From Takakia lepidozioides (lineage: Eukaryota; Plantae; Bryophyta), in contig CM060733.1 of assembly GCA_030704615.1 (NCBI GenBank), positions 9,920,001 through 9,984,000 of the forward strand: DNA of 64,000 bases, given 5' to 3'. A program made the position numbers and the translations under genes. The notes beneath the pieces are model-generated. The model saw only the letters and a list, made by a program, of their open reading frames with translations. It did not search any database and was not told the DNA's origin. This document shows, piece after piece, positions 26,032 through 38,829 of this stretch; within the stretch, counting starts at the first letter, position 1; every line of letters starts with the position of its first letter.

Positions 26032-26403
26032 TGTTGGAATTCGACAGAGAATAGTGATAAAATATGAACTGATTAGTGAGAACTCTCCACCCAACCATAG
26101 GACCACAACAAGCTGTGTGTCCACCCTCCGAGCTCTCCCTATTTATACTCAAAGTCTAATCCAAAAATAGCTGAGATAACTATAGCATAATTCCATGCTT
26201 TTACTTAAATTATCTCCACCTGCTATTCTGGTACAATGACTTGAGTCACTAATAACTGAAGCTAACTTTAGCTATCTTTTAGCTAACTGAGGCTTATCTC
26301 TATTGTTAACTGTGACTTGTCAACACTGCTATTATGGAAAGCCTGACTTGTCATCACAGTAACTCTAGGTAGTAGTAACTTGGTCAGGAGTTGATTTCCA
26401 ACA
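26032..26403 (-). mobile_element. Copia 5' LTR
   Basis: TGTTGG...CCAACA ends; highly similar reverse complement of 55338-55703; adjacent PBS; outer flank reads TGGCA on the minus strand. Confidence 0.95.
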
Positions 26404-26984
26404 TGCCATTGGTTGCTCCCACGCACTCAAGTAATTCCTTCAGCTTTTACCCTTCCCAAAGTAACTATTACTATGGACTGGGGTAGTTATTACGCTGTAA
26501 AAATGGCGAAGGAATTCACAGATTGTGAGTGTGGTGGTGAGTCATGCAAGTCTGAAAGTTTGGAGGGTGTTCAAACAGTGTGCAACTGCCCTGCCACCTT
26601 TGCAAGTTAGTATGCACAACACGTGTTTACCGCTCTTGGTTTGGTATGTAGGGTTTCCTCTTAGGTAGACCAACCCACGGTATCAACAATGGTATGGAAG
26701 AAGCAAAGCAGGTGGTATGAAGAGTTGCAACACGTACATGACAAACCTCTCGGGCTACTATCATTGCACACGAAAATATTCTAACACCCAGTCAATACCA
26801 GGTTGATTTGATACTTGTTGAATTTGCCTCGGTATTGAGATTTGACCCAGATACAACCCACTTACTATCTAAATCATTTCATTTTTTAAATACTTAAATC
26901 TGGCTGGTATAAAAAAAAAAAATCAAAAAATACTTAGACTCGCTGGCTGGTATGTGAAAACTTATGTAAGACCAGAACAATACT

Positions 26985-27345
26985 TCGAAAGCCAACAATC
27001 ATTAATAAGCCTCTCATTTTAATAGGGTCATGAATGCAAGCGTGCGAGAAGGATGGTGGGCCCGTCGTCCGGACGAGGGGCGCCCCCCCCCCACCCGCGC
27101 CCACCCGCCCGCCGCTGCCAGCGGTCGCCCACGCCCGCCCCTGCTGCCGTGGTTGCACCAGCCGCGGCTGCCCCACCCAGGGTCCGTCCACCAGCCGCTC
27201 CGCTGCGGCCTGCCCGTTGCGGCGGGTCTGCTGGGGCTAATCCGCTGTGGCAGGTCCGCTCCCGCTAGTCCGCTCGCCCGCAAGATTTGGGCCGTCCAGG
27301 ACGAATCCCATCGCAGCCCTCCAATTTAGGGCCATATCTCGCCAC
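26985..27345 (+). repeat. GC-rich terminal repeat upstream of a second MULE-type transposase
   Basis: Inverted copy at 7050-7405; directly precedes the ORF at about 27479. Confidence 0.8.
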
Positions 27346-27478
27346 GCCTTATCTCTGCCGCCTGCCATCTGCCACCAGCTGTAAACATGGGTCATGTTTC
27401 TCCGTGCACATTCTCTATCGTGTCTTGCGGCGCTTTCATTGGCAGGTTCTGGAGCGTGTGTTCTGCACTGTACATGGC

Positions 27479-28650
27479 ATGGACGTAGGAGCGGAAGCCG
27501 ACGACATGCAGCAATTTGAGAGCCAGCTTATACGCCCTCTTCGACAAAGTTTGCAAACACCAAAACCAAGACCTTTCAACAATAAGGACCTTTATTGGTG
27601 TGAAACGCAATATGGGTTTAGGGGGGTGCAAGTGCGTGTTAAAAATGCATGTATACCTTGGGATAGAGTTGCGGACTTCGTCCATGGAGAGGAGAGTGTG
27701 GAGGACAGCCCCACTCAATATTGGGTACATGTGCACAGTAAAGTGGACGCCGGAGTGCGGAAAGCTCCCAGAGGGAACGCCTTCTTGAGCAGTATCATGT
27801 GTGCACCATTCTCATTGTGGTTTAGGGATGTCACTGCATTGTTGTTGTGATTTGTATTTGTCTCCGACTGTGGCTTCCATAAGTCCATAGGTTGAGATTT
27901 TGAATTCCATTTGACAGGTATCAATACTGCTACGGACCCGACGACAAGCGCACGGTCAATGCAACTATCGAGGGTCCAAAACAAAAGCGTGGAGGTCCAG
28001 ATGTGGGTGCTGGCACTAAACACCCGCATAAAGGCCCAAGAAAGAAGAAGTCGGACTACGGAGAGTCGTACAAGCGCGGGTGCCTTTGTTGTTTCAAAGT
28101 GCAACAATCTTATCTTGCCCCAGACATTTGTGTCCTCACATACTACAACAACATGGAGCACGTGGATGCCCTAGGGAAACCCTCCCATGGCAAGACCGCA
28201 GAGTTCAGGAACACACGAGTGGCCTACGCACCCCGCATTAGCGAGGAATTGAAAGCTTGGGTCGTTGAGTGTTTGTGCCGAGGCCTCACGGTCGCACAAA
28301 TCATGATGGAACACAAGGAACACGTCATGAACAACAGGTTTGGGAGATGCATGGACACGTGATGATTTCCTCCTTGAGCAAGATGTTCGCAACCTGGCTA
28401 AACGGGCGTGACAGAAGTTCAAAAAGCATGCCAACAATGCCGACAACGTCCGCATGTGGAAAGACCTGAACCCCGCATCAGTCTTCTTCTATCGAGAAGA
28501 AACATTGGCGCCAACCTTCGCGCATTATGATGGAGATTTGACACTCACTATTGGCATTCAAACTGTGGCAGAAGCAGAGAATGCTTCAATTGGGACATGC
28601 GCGTATTGTTGCATGCGATGCAACCTTCGGGACAAATCACCACAAGGTAC
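27479..28650 (+). pseudogene. MULE-type transposase N-terminal half resembling the Arabidopsis At4g13970/At1g60560 SWIM-protein family
   Basis: IPWDRVADFVHGE, YGPDD, KRGCLCCFKV, HVDALGKPSHG, APRISEELK, SVFFY, IGIQT.WQ, DATFGTN follow that family's order as I recall it; intron about 27800-27918; frameshifts; truncated. Confidence 0.75.
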
Positions 28651-28779
28651 GATTCATCCCTCTTACAATTTATGCGCATCAATTGTTCGTAGGATGTTGC
28701 ACATTGGAACCAACTGACATAGTGACATAGTGCATCTGGGGCAGTTGCAGGATTGGGTGGATCAAAAGCGGCACATGTT

Positions 28780-29560
28780 AATTGAGTCCACTGGAAGTCC
28801 AGGTTCCAGGGCCCGCTCAATTCTTTTCCTACTCAGCCAAGAAGGCCTACAGATCCCTGAACAACACCACGACGCTTGAAGCTAAATGGAATGACAAATG
28901 GGGGCAACATAACTTTAATGAGGAGAATTGGGATACAATATGGAGTCTTGTATGGGAAAAATCTAAACCAGCAAAGTTGAGTGCCTTCCTGTGGCAAATC
29001 GCCAACAGAGTCTTAAAGGTGGGGCAATTTCTAAACTTTCAAGAGGCCTTGCTTTGCACTTGTTGCAGCTTGGGAACAAATAGAAACCCTGGAATACTGC
29101 CTCATCTCATGTCAAGGACCATCTCTCATTTGGCCCATGGTTGCATCATTTTACTCTCAATGGGGCCCATTCCCAAATAGTGTGTTGGAGCTGCTCCTTA
29201 ACTACAACTAAGTCTCGAAAATAGTGGCATGCACTTGCCCAGTTTTCGAGGTTCTCAGGGGAGCAACTCTATGGCAATTCTGGAAAGTGAGATGCAACTG
29301 GTTGCTGCAATCTTTGAACTCCAATGCTACTGCAATACTGTCAAGATTTTTTTTTTAAATTTAAATTTAAATTCGTTTTGAACTTACCATTGCTGCTAAG
29401 CTGGCTTGGAAAAAAGTGTGTACAGGAATCGCCAGAAAACCAGAACGAGAACATGTGCTCCTTGACAGGTTCAATTCCATCTGCTTCGGCCATTTAAATA
29501 CAGAGCTTGTGGTATTCTATCTGATGAAGGCAAGTCTTGTTTACGTGGAGGCCCTCACAT
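28780..29560 (+). mobile_element. L1-type LINE 3' remnant (zf-RVT region)
   Basis: YSAKKAY...WSLVW...PAKLSAFLWQIANRVLKVG...CTCC, typical zf-RVT. Confidence 0.75.
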
Positions 29561-31419
29561 GTTTCCAGTTGACGTCCTCTTTTTCAAACTTTGGGGAAGC
29601 AGAAGAGGCTGGCTCGCCCCCTCCATTGAGGGGGGATTTGCCGCGGCCAGACACATGAGTCAGGTCCTGAGCAGGAACAGATGATGCCCCCTCTCCCCCA
29701 CTACATCTCTGTTTACTTACATCGGTGCTCCTCACCGGGATTCTCAGACTAGGATCCTCAGTCTGAAGTACTCTTTTCCTAGGAAGCTTTTTCTAGGATG
29801 TAATTGCTCTTCTGGTAACAGTCGTGTCTCCCTCGAGACCAGTCTACTTAGCGCTGCTAATCGTCTTCTTCATCGGATCATCTGTCACGATATTCGTGTG
29901 TTCAGGCCTTATGGCGGCCACGTGCCACTCAAAGGGTTTTAATTTTTTTCCCTTCAAATAATCTGAATAAAACAAAATCCAGGGCCTCCTCCCCTATTCT
30001 CAAATAAATAAAAATAAAATAAAATAAATAAAAATTATTAGCCATAACATAAATCCATAAAACTTCATATCAATAAAACAATTGCAGGGCCTATGTGTAT
30101 CTCACGCCTTGTTGAAAACACTTCATGAAGTACCTCTAGATAACACCTCCCTCAGGTAACTTCTCTCTTATTGAACAATTTATGAAGAATAAATGGATGA
30201 ATTTTCAAGTTTATAATGGATGAAAGTTGATTTCGAGTGGAGCCGACTAGCCGCTTGTTTTTCCCGCTTCTAATGGATTTCCAGCCACCATCCCCTGCTA
30301 TAACAAAATAGGCAAGATGTCAATACCTCATTACAAAGTTACTGTGGTCCGACTCCTTGGAGTAAAGAGTTGTAAATAGTGAGAGCCCACCCCCAAAGGG
30401 AAGAGGCTCTTATTATTGCTATGTTCACTTGGTGTCGTGTGTGTATATATATATATATGTTGTAATAATAAAAACCATTCTTTCCTCAAATAATTTCAAA
30501 TAAAATTTCTTTCTAGGACCTCTGTCCCCTTTCATTAAATTGAAATAAAAACAAATAATAATAATAATAATAATATAGAGTTTAATAATAATTATTAAAG
30601 GGGAATTGGGAAGTAAACAAATTCTATACGTTATGCGAGAGGAAGACTCCGGCCGAGGCTGGCGTAAGTAAGAGCCACTTCGCTTTGCGGCTCATATTTT
30701 ATGAAATATTTTGTCGCAACCTCGGCGCTGCAACCGCCAAGACGCATGGTGTGAGGTGGCAGATAAAGGTCGCCCGGTGGCTCAACAGGTGGTGGTCAAT
30801 GATTAGGCAAATGTTGGCTCCGCGGAGCACGGGTGAGGGTGATGCGTGGCCATGTCTGGTGGAGGGAGGCAGACCTCATAAGTGGCAGCAGTGCAGTCCA
30901 TGTTCTGCAGCACATGGAGACAAGCGCAGTGGGTGGGTACATGACACGGCAGCCCGCACTGTTCATGTTCTGCTCTGCTTGTGGGTCTCTTCTCTTCTCC
31001 ACCAAATGGATTGGGCAAGAGGAAGCTCTGAGTAACAACAAATTCGAAGCCTAAGAATTTAGTACAGCCTGAGTTAAGAAGGTTGAGCGGTAATTTAGAA
31101 CATGCTAATATGCATATTATTATTATTATTATATTTTAATTTTTAGGAAAAGGAAACCTGGGAGCAGACAGCCCACAAATCATGCCCTTGAGGAGGGGGA
31201 AAAATTAAACCCCTTTCATTTATGGGCCATGAGACCTACAAGACCAACAACGCCCAGACAGACCGCCACGAGAGATAGAGACTCATAGGTGGTGTAGGTG
31301 GCATGGAGAGGGAGGGCTGCAACAGATCTGCAACCAAGAGAATGGTGGGAAGGGATGATGGAAACTATATATGTCTTTATACAGGGATCCTATGTGTCAT
31401 GTTTTACAACGAGCTGTTT

Positions 31420-33870
31420 ACTATGTATGTGACGCTGATTTTTCTGCTCGAAATTATCTACGATGCAGGTTCTGCTATTGACAGCATATGGCTATGCGTG
31501 ATATTTTACAGGAAAATTTTACGTGAAAATTGTTTGCCTGACAGAGGACATGGTCAGAGTTCTAGATCTTAAGCGATCGCACCTTGTGCTTTGGTTCCAC
31601 CATTGCCATTGCAAGCCTATGCCACTTCTCATGTGTCATTTCTGGCTTGCCACTCTTGTTCCAATGGAGCCGCACTTGGTCCAGGAATCCTGCACCGAGA
31701 CTAGGATCAGCTATACGAAGCTGTTTGGTGAACGTTGTGACAACGTTTTTGCGGCATAAGTCCGTTGCTTTGTTGACCACGATAGGGACAACTTCTCGGT
31801 ACCTCGTGTGCATGTGCCCCCCCCACTTTCATGGGTGAATCTTCTTCAACATCGTTCCCTCTTGAGTCTCCAACCACTACAGTCCGGGGAGAAGGGGAGA
31901 ACATGCTGCCGGTAGTGGAGTCTGACTGTACAGAGGCAATGTGGCATATAGAACGGACTCCCAAGCATCAAAAGTCAAGTGTGTCGCTATTAGGGCACCC
32001 TCATTTCAGAAGTGCACCGCCCAGATTTCGAAGGGGACATGCGGAACTCCTGCCTCGACATTCACCAGCTTGTTCAAGCATTACATGTCGCGGGAGTCTA
32101 GGCCTCACAAGTTTTGGTTCTGCCCAGATGACATTGTGCGCTGTGTCATGGGGACTGTTCGGGATTCTGTGATAATGAAGCCTCAAATTCCAGCCGTGTG
32201 GCCAGTGAAGTTAGGAACCACACTCTCCAAACTAGAAATTAACATGCTAGAGGAGGCCGGGTTTCGCCTTCTAAGAGGCCCAACTGTCGTAACGCCGGTT
32301 TCTCCAATGGCTTTCCCTTCCAACTTTCATGCTTGTCCTCGACAGGGCAACGATTGGTCCACAAAAAGGAATGGAAATGCGGTATTTTGGGTTGAGGCTG
32401 GTGCAGATAATGAGTGCAAGATAAAGTCTGTTAGAGCCTTGCAGTGTCGCGTCACCCAAATTGTGAATGTCCCCTTGTCAAGCTATGGGCGGGTGCACAC
32501 CATGGCGACCTCTAGATCGGATGTTCATGATAGGACCTATGAGATTACTATTGGAGATTTTCCTAGTTGCACTTGTCCGGACTTTCAGAACACGCTCTCA
32601 AGCTCTCTTGGTAAGAGAGGCAAATTTGTCCCGTGCAAGCATCTTTACTACATCTACATTCAGAGGATGTTTTGCGATCCTAAACGAGACACGTACATTC
32701 ACCAATGTACATTAGGACCCAGTGACGTTCATACACTACTGCAGCGAGATAGTTCGGGTTCAATTGGAGATGTAGTCGGGATTTGCATTGCAACTCTGCC
32801 GGTTATTATGTCATGTCATTGTTATGAAAATCTGAAGTGTATCCGACTTTGGAGATGGCTTTGTGCTAGTTAATGACAACATTTTCTTATAATGACATCA
32901 ATCTTCAATCTTGTTTTGCAATCAATATTTGATTTCAGTCTTGTTTTGCAATACATGTTTGTGTTCCAACCAGGTGGACTTGCAGATGGCTTCGTGCTGG
33001 TTATTGGCAACGAAGGCCATCGAAATCTGCATTTTTTCCAATGTCACATTGATCTACGTCCGCCACAAACTTTTTTGCTCGATCAATCTTGTTTTGCACA
33101 ATTGGTTATGACTACACTTTCTATGAGATGAATGAATGAGTTGAATGAGATGAATGTTATAAATGAGATGAATGAGATGAATCCGATGAATGTCATGAAT
33201 GTTCTTTTACAAGCAATCTTATTTCAGTCATTCATGGTACATTCATCCAATCATTTTTCATCCCACATTCTTCTCCTTCAGATAGCACCACCATTGCGAT
33301 GCATAGTTCAGTTTGTTTTTGCATTGTTAGAGATGAAAACTGGTGGAGCCATCGAAGTATGCCCTGCATTTTAAGATGTCGTTGACGACAGCTTAATCTG
33401 CAATCGCATCCTCCCCGCCTTACCCTCCTCTCTGTTTCCCTCATGTTCCAATGCAGTGCCAAATTAAGGTGTCGTCAACACAAGCTTAAAATGGGCCTCA
33501 TTTGTCTCTCAAACAATGTGTGATGTTTTGCAGAGGAAACGGAAGAAAGCCTGGGAGAGTCTCCGCGAGTTACCAGCCGAGAAGAACGCACCAGACCAGA
33601 ACCCTGAAGTGGACGACAACGTGGTGACTGAGGAGGAGGTGCCCAGGGTTCACTCTCCGCAGCGGGCTGTGGCAATAGTGGAGCAGCCAGAGGACACATA
33701 GCCACGAGTGAAGGGGAAGACACAAGTGCAAAGAACAATGCAACCTGCAGAGAAGAGGTCTTCCAGCAGCCGTCCAAAGCCTGCGAAGGTTCGTTCTAGC
33801 TTGCCCATTCTCATTTGTGAGGGTTGTTGTGAAGCAGAAAAGAGGTGCTTAAGTTCGAAGTCTGCCATGG
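31420..33870. mobile_element. Internally deleted copy of the ParB-MTase Mutator-like family
   Basis: 31562..31813(-) FTKQLRIADPSLGAGFL...EMTHEKWHRLAMAMVEP matches 47434..47919(-). It abuts the transposase C-terminus with SWIM at 31900-32760(+). Palindromes at about 33371 and 33463. Ends not defined. Confidence 0.85.
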
Positions 33871-34089
33871 TTTTTTGAAGCTGTGATAGTTATGATACGC
33901 ATCACTCTAGAGTCAATTGGCACTAAACAGATATGTATCTGAAAGCCTGATGACCATCATAAAACCCCCATTGCCTCTGCAACAAATTGTAACCTTTTCT
34001 AGATAGATGTAAGGCCCTAGAGTAAGTGAGCGCTCAGGTGGGGGGCACAAGATGATAATAGTTTATAAGAAAAGAACTACAAGATTACC

Positions 34090-35715
34090 TTTTCAGGAGG
34101 GGAAGGACATTTATGATGTACCACTCAGGAGAAGCCTGCACAGGGGCATGCTTGACACGTGTAGCACGAAACCCAGTGCCATAGTATTCACGCGTGCTCC
34201 ATTCAAACTCGTGAGGCAGCTCGGTGACAATGTAAATATCATGGGCCAGGGAATGTGTGAAATGTTCAACATCAAATATGTCTGCAAAAGAGCTGCACCA
34301 CCATCAGTCACTTTCTCTCTATCCTTTATAAGACCGTCTTCATTTCGCTCTGAAGAGCGGGGCTGCGCTAGAGTGAAAGGTTTCCACCAGCAAACAAGGA
34401 CCATGAAGAACTTTTCTTTAACCACTGAATCTTTTTATTAACTGGACAACAAACACTGACCAGTTGAAGTCAGAAAGAAAGTTCCATGCAATGCACACAC
34501 TCTCATTCAAAAAGCACACACTGTGGACTGAAGTTGAGACAAGAGCCTGCCAACAGCCTAGCAAGTTGTGAGCTACACACCTGGAGTCTTGCCACACTGA
34601 GTTCACATCAAACTGTGGGAGTAGAAGGCTTGCATTCAAAATCTTTGCAAGAGCTACTGCATCACAAATCTGCAGCACGCCAACACAGGGATGATTGTCA
34701 TCTGGATCGGACCACTCCTCATCGCAAAAATTCAGTGCCTTAAACTATGAGACTTCATCTGCTCCGAACAACAGCTCTGATGAAATGTAGAACTTTAATT
34801 CACATAGAACCATGGTAAGATGCTTTATGCAAAGACGGATAACAAAAGATCTCACCCCCATACGCTGTTGATTGAGGCCACCTTCCAGGAAGACTTGCAA
34901 GTAACCATTTACCTCCACCGGCAGAGCTACACCAATGAAAGACAATTTACTTCCAGAATGCCAAAATAGGCATATTTCAAAGGAACAAAGCCATCTCTAA
35001 ATTTCAGGAACTAGGTCCTAAGTCTCAAGTAGCATAGTCGCAAGATCACACCCTTCCACATACCAATGTAATTTGTAAGGTGCTCCATTTGTGGAGAAAA
35101 ACAGCTCTAAGCAATGAAAGTTATATGCAAGGTCAAGACTTACAAGTTTGAACAATCTTATGAGTGCAAGACTCCCACCCTCCATGATCAGACGAGTCCC
35201 ACAAGTGTTCAGGCACCTTTACATTCTGCAACAACAGGAAAGGAGTGAGACACTACCTGTAGAGAGAAATCAATCTGGTGCATAAAAGCCTGAGAGGAAT
35301 GAATGATAAGAAAAGCTAACCATGGATCTAAACACAATGAAAGGTCTAGAGAGATACCCACCGGTTGGACATCACTGTCGCTTTTACATATGCAAAGAGT
35401 TGCAAATAACAAGATCAAGATATGTGGGGTGGCACCATCATCAAAGATGGACGCTTTCAGGCATTTCACGCATTGGTGCAAAGTTCAAAAAGTCTCATCT
35501 CACAATATCATCTGAAGGAACTGGTGCAGCTTGCAGTTTCTGGCAGCAATCATATGTTATTTATGCTTACACACCTACACATCTCAACTACAATTAGAGC
35601 CCAAAAATTTGAGAACCAAGGATGTCTCATCCAAACAGAGACACTTACAGGCCACGTCTTGGCACGAGAATCCATAAGAGCAGCATGCCTAGCTTTTGGA
35701 GATTCCCATTCTTGA
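34090..35715 (-). pseudogene. Plant O-fucosyltransferase family (OFUT31/39-like) multi-exon fragment
   Basis: Exons EWESPKARHAAL; HLWDSSDHGGWESC; NGYLQVFLEGGLNQQRMG; ICDAVALAKILNASLLLPQFDVNSVWQDS; SSFADIFDVEHF...WSTREYYGTGFRATRVKHAPV, with GT-AG borders. No downstream exons found. Confidence 0.85.
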
Positions 35716-35719
35716 AAAT

Positions 35720-37430
35720 CAACCACAAGGCCTCAACCTAGGGAAAAGAGGAAAAAACAGGGTGAAATGTGTTGAAGAAGGTTGCCTTCATTAGCAGTGC
35801 CTAATTTTATCAATTATGCCGCTACTGCTCCGGCTTCTAGTTCACCATCTACCCATGCAGGTTTCTTGTAGCAATGGATCCACAGGGAATCATAGGTGAT
35901 CTTGTGCTTGAAATCTGGCCCTCTTCCAGCAAACACCCCAACCCTAATGATGAGAGGGCAAAACAGACTGAAATAGGTTGAAGAAAATGGTGCCCTCACC
36001 AATTTAGGGCCGATTCTGATAAGAGGGAAAAACAGGGTGAAATGTGTTGAAGAAGGTGCCTGGAGTAACAACACTTGCCCGATTTTATCAATTGTGCCGC
36101 TGCTGCTGCGACTTCCAGTTGACCATCTACCCATGCAGGTTTCTTGTAGCTATCCTTCCACAGGGAGTCATAGGTAATCTGGAGCTTGAAATCCGGCCCT
36201 CTTGGATGAATCTGGACCCACACTCTATCCCTGCTCCTTCAGCTATCCATGCCTTTGCACAAATCATGCATACAATATCCTTGCCTTGTTGCTAGTAGTT
36301 GACAACGACAGCCTAGAATTGTTCCAGCAAACAACCCAACCCTACTTATCACACTAGTCCCTATGCTGACTTGCATCTGCTTCGAGCAGACATTCACCAC
36401 GGTGCAGCTGAGCGGGCAGAGATTGAAACGCGGTCTGCTAAGACCAAGCTGACTTTCCCAAGAACCTTGTAAACATCAGAAAGAATACCAAATCCTGGTA
36501 TTAACAGGAGCCAAGAGCCCACATTTGCAGGATGGACAAACTTCTTCACATCGTACATTGAGAAAAAGGCAAACCTTGCTATTGCGGTTCTCCCACCATC
36601 GTGAATGATCTTTAAAAAACTCATGCCAGCTCTGCTCCTTGCTCCAAGGTAGAGGTTTGTGATCGAAAATCCGACAACATCAACATGTTGACATGGTCTT
36701 TTACTGAGGGGTGCTAGTGAGCTTTCAACAACATTCATGCAAGTTGTTTTGGGCTCCATTGGGCTCTACACAATGAGGAACAACGAACTCCAAACTCTGC
36801 TCAAGAAATAACGTAATGTCATGTAAAAAACTCATCCCAGCTCTGCTCCGCCGAGCAATCCAGGGCCGAGTCTGATGAGAGGGAAAAACAGGCTGAAATA
36901 GGTCGAAGAAAAATCAGGCTCGCACATGCATTGCATCTACAAACGAACGTGACCAAGTCTGCCTTTACCCCTTCCCGCATCATTTGCTCATAGGTCTCCA
37001 ATGCCCATCCCGCATCCCTGCTGTGCATATCCCACGATCATCGCACTCTAGGACACGACATTTCGTTCAGCCATATTCTCAAACACTCCCTTTGTATCCT
37101 CAATACTGCCACATTGGCCACGAGGGTATTGTTCAGAATGACATCAGGTACAATTCCAAATTTGACAATGGCACCATGGACCTTTTACCCTTTCCTAGGG
37201 CTGCCAGGCTCGCACAAGCATTGCAAACACAACCGAATGTGACCTGGTCCGGCTTCACCCCTTCCCGCATTATTTGCTCATACGTCTCTGAAGCCTCTTA
37301 GATACCACCTCACGTTGTGCATATCCTCGGTGTGCCTATGCTCCTTCCTGCATCATTTGCTCAAGAATAGGTCTGCAAAGCCTCCATCCCACGCCCCTGC
37401 GATCATCACGTTCCATGCTCTAGGCTCGTG
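35720..37430 (-). pseudogene. Scrambled PPR gene fragments and duplicated leader segments
   Basis: ALETYEQMMREGVKADLVTFV-type PPR pieces at 36900-37420; the YKKPAWVDG segment occurs at about 35830 and 36120 as well as 17120; 36395-36630 resembles 19287-19510. Confidence 0.75.
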
Positions 37431-37439
37431 GATACTAAG

Positions 37440-37827
37440 AAAATTTAAACACAACAGTACATTTTCCATGGATATCAAGACTTGTACTGTTGTCTCCAAG
37501 ATACACTTGTGTCCCACAAAGAGTTCTTTGAAGGTTGAGAATGCTTCCTTCTGGAACGTCATGTGCTAAGATGCCCCTGAATCAATGAACCATACATCTC
37601 TGCAACTCGTAGAGATTGACAAAGCTACAACAAGAAGTTCAGTCCTTTCAGCCAATGCTGAAACCTCATTTTGAAACCTCTTCTTTTTCTCATCGTCTAG
37701 CATTTTCTTGAAACAGTCACGTGCATATAAGTGACCATCTAACTTCTCCACTCGGGTATGATCAGCAGAAGGTGCCATGATACTAGTTTGATGTTTTGCC
37801 AACTATAAAACACCCTCAAAACTTTCA
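37440..37827 (-). mobile_element. gag: Copia 5' UTR plus deleted gag and protease fragment
   Basis: GHLYARDC knuckle remnant, WFIDSGAS*HMT protease motif; starts at the AAACTTTCA duplication shared with 25907-25915. Confidence 0.85.
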
Positions 37828-38075
37828 GGGGATTGCTAAACTGTGAGCAAAATCCATGAGCAGACCGTGAGCAGAATTCTGCTCACGCTTCTGCATGTGC
37901 TCACCTATAACCGCGGACACCTATTCGGCCTAAGGACCTATTACTGTGGGTTGTGTCAAGTATATCATGCATACGTCATTCATCGTTATGAATGAACGAT
38001 GGATGAACGATGGATGAAATGATGTTCGATGAATGGTACATGGATGAATGTAGTTTGTAGATGAAGATGCATTTT
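37828..38075. mobile_element. Orphan TIR end of the ParB-MTase family, partner of the 25906 end
   Basis: GGGGATTGCTAAACTGTGAGC, repeated GTGAGCAG, CCTATAACCGCGG and a GATGGATGAA tract; preceded by AAACTTTCA (37819-37827). Confidence 0.8.
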
Positions 38076-38829
38076 TGAGTAGTGGTTGCTAAATCCCCCC
38101 AGCTCTAGAGTGAACTTCTGCCCACTGGTGAGGGTTGTGATTGTCCTTTCACCAGCAATCAGAACTCGACATAGTTGCTGACACACAGTTGCAAAGAAGG
38201 TGGAGAGGCCATTTGGTGCTTCAAACTTAATTGTTTAATAACTGAAGATTCATTCCGACGAAGAATATTTTGTGCTACTGGAGTCGGCGTCCAAAACGAT
38301 GGCAGAACTGTCTATGAAGACACTAGCCCTGCTTTGCACAAAACCCTCTCTGTTCAAAAGCAAACCAGGGGGAGAAGAGAGGAGACTAAATTCCGAAGCT
38401 GCAGCCTCTGCATGCACTACAAGAGATGAGTGTTTTTAGGACTACGGCTTTTGCGGAGTCATAAAAACGGCACTAGGTACACAACTACAGAACGCTGAAA
38501 TGCGTTGCAATCATAGTTTTATAACTCTGTAGTAATGGATATCACTACATGACTCCGGAAAGGTAGGGAGCATTGGTCAAACATTGTTGACCACGATGAC
38601 AGGGATGGTTTATATGACTCGCGTCATATGGAGGACTATACGTGGATGAATTTTCCTAGAATCGTATGACTTCATGACTGAATATGGTTTCACAGCTCTA
38701 ATTATACGACTGCATCACTACACGTGTTATTTTGAAGGCACATACACGAATGTATTCATCCATTGGGTAAGTTCATTCATCCATGATCAAAGTGCAAAAT
38801 GTTAATTTTTTTCAAAAAGTTGCTTATAG

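Noticed and set aside
7050-27345. One 20-kb element bounded by the GC-rich inverted repeats
   Set aside because: The transposase-facing side of the 27-kb repeat points away from the interval, and no shared TSD was found.
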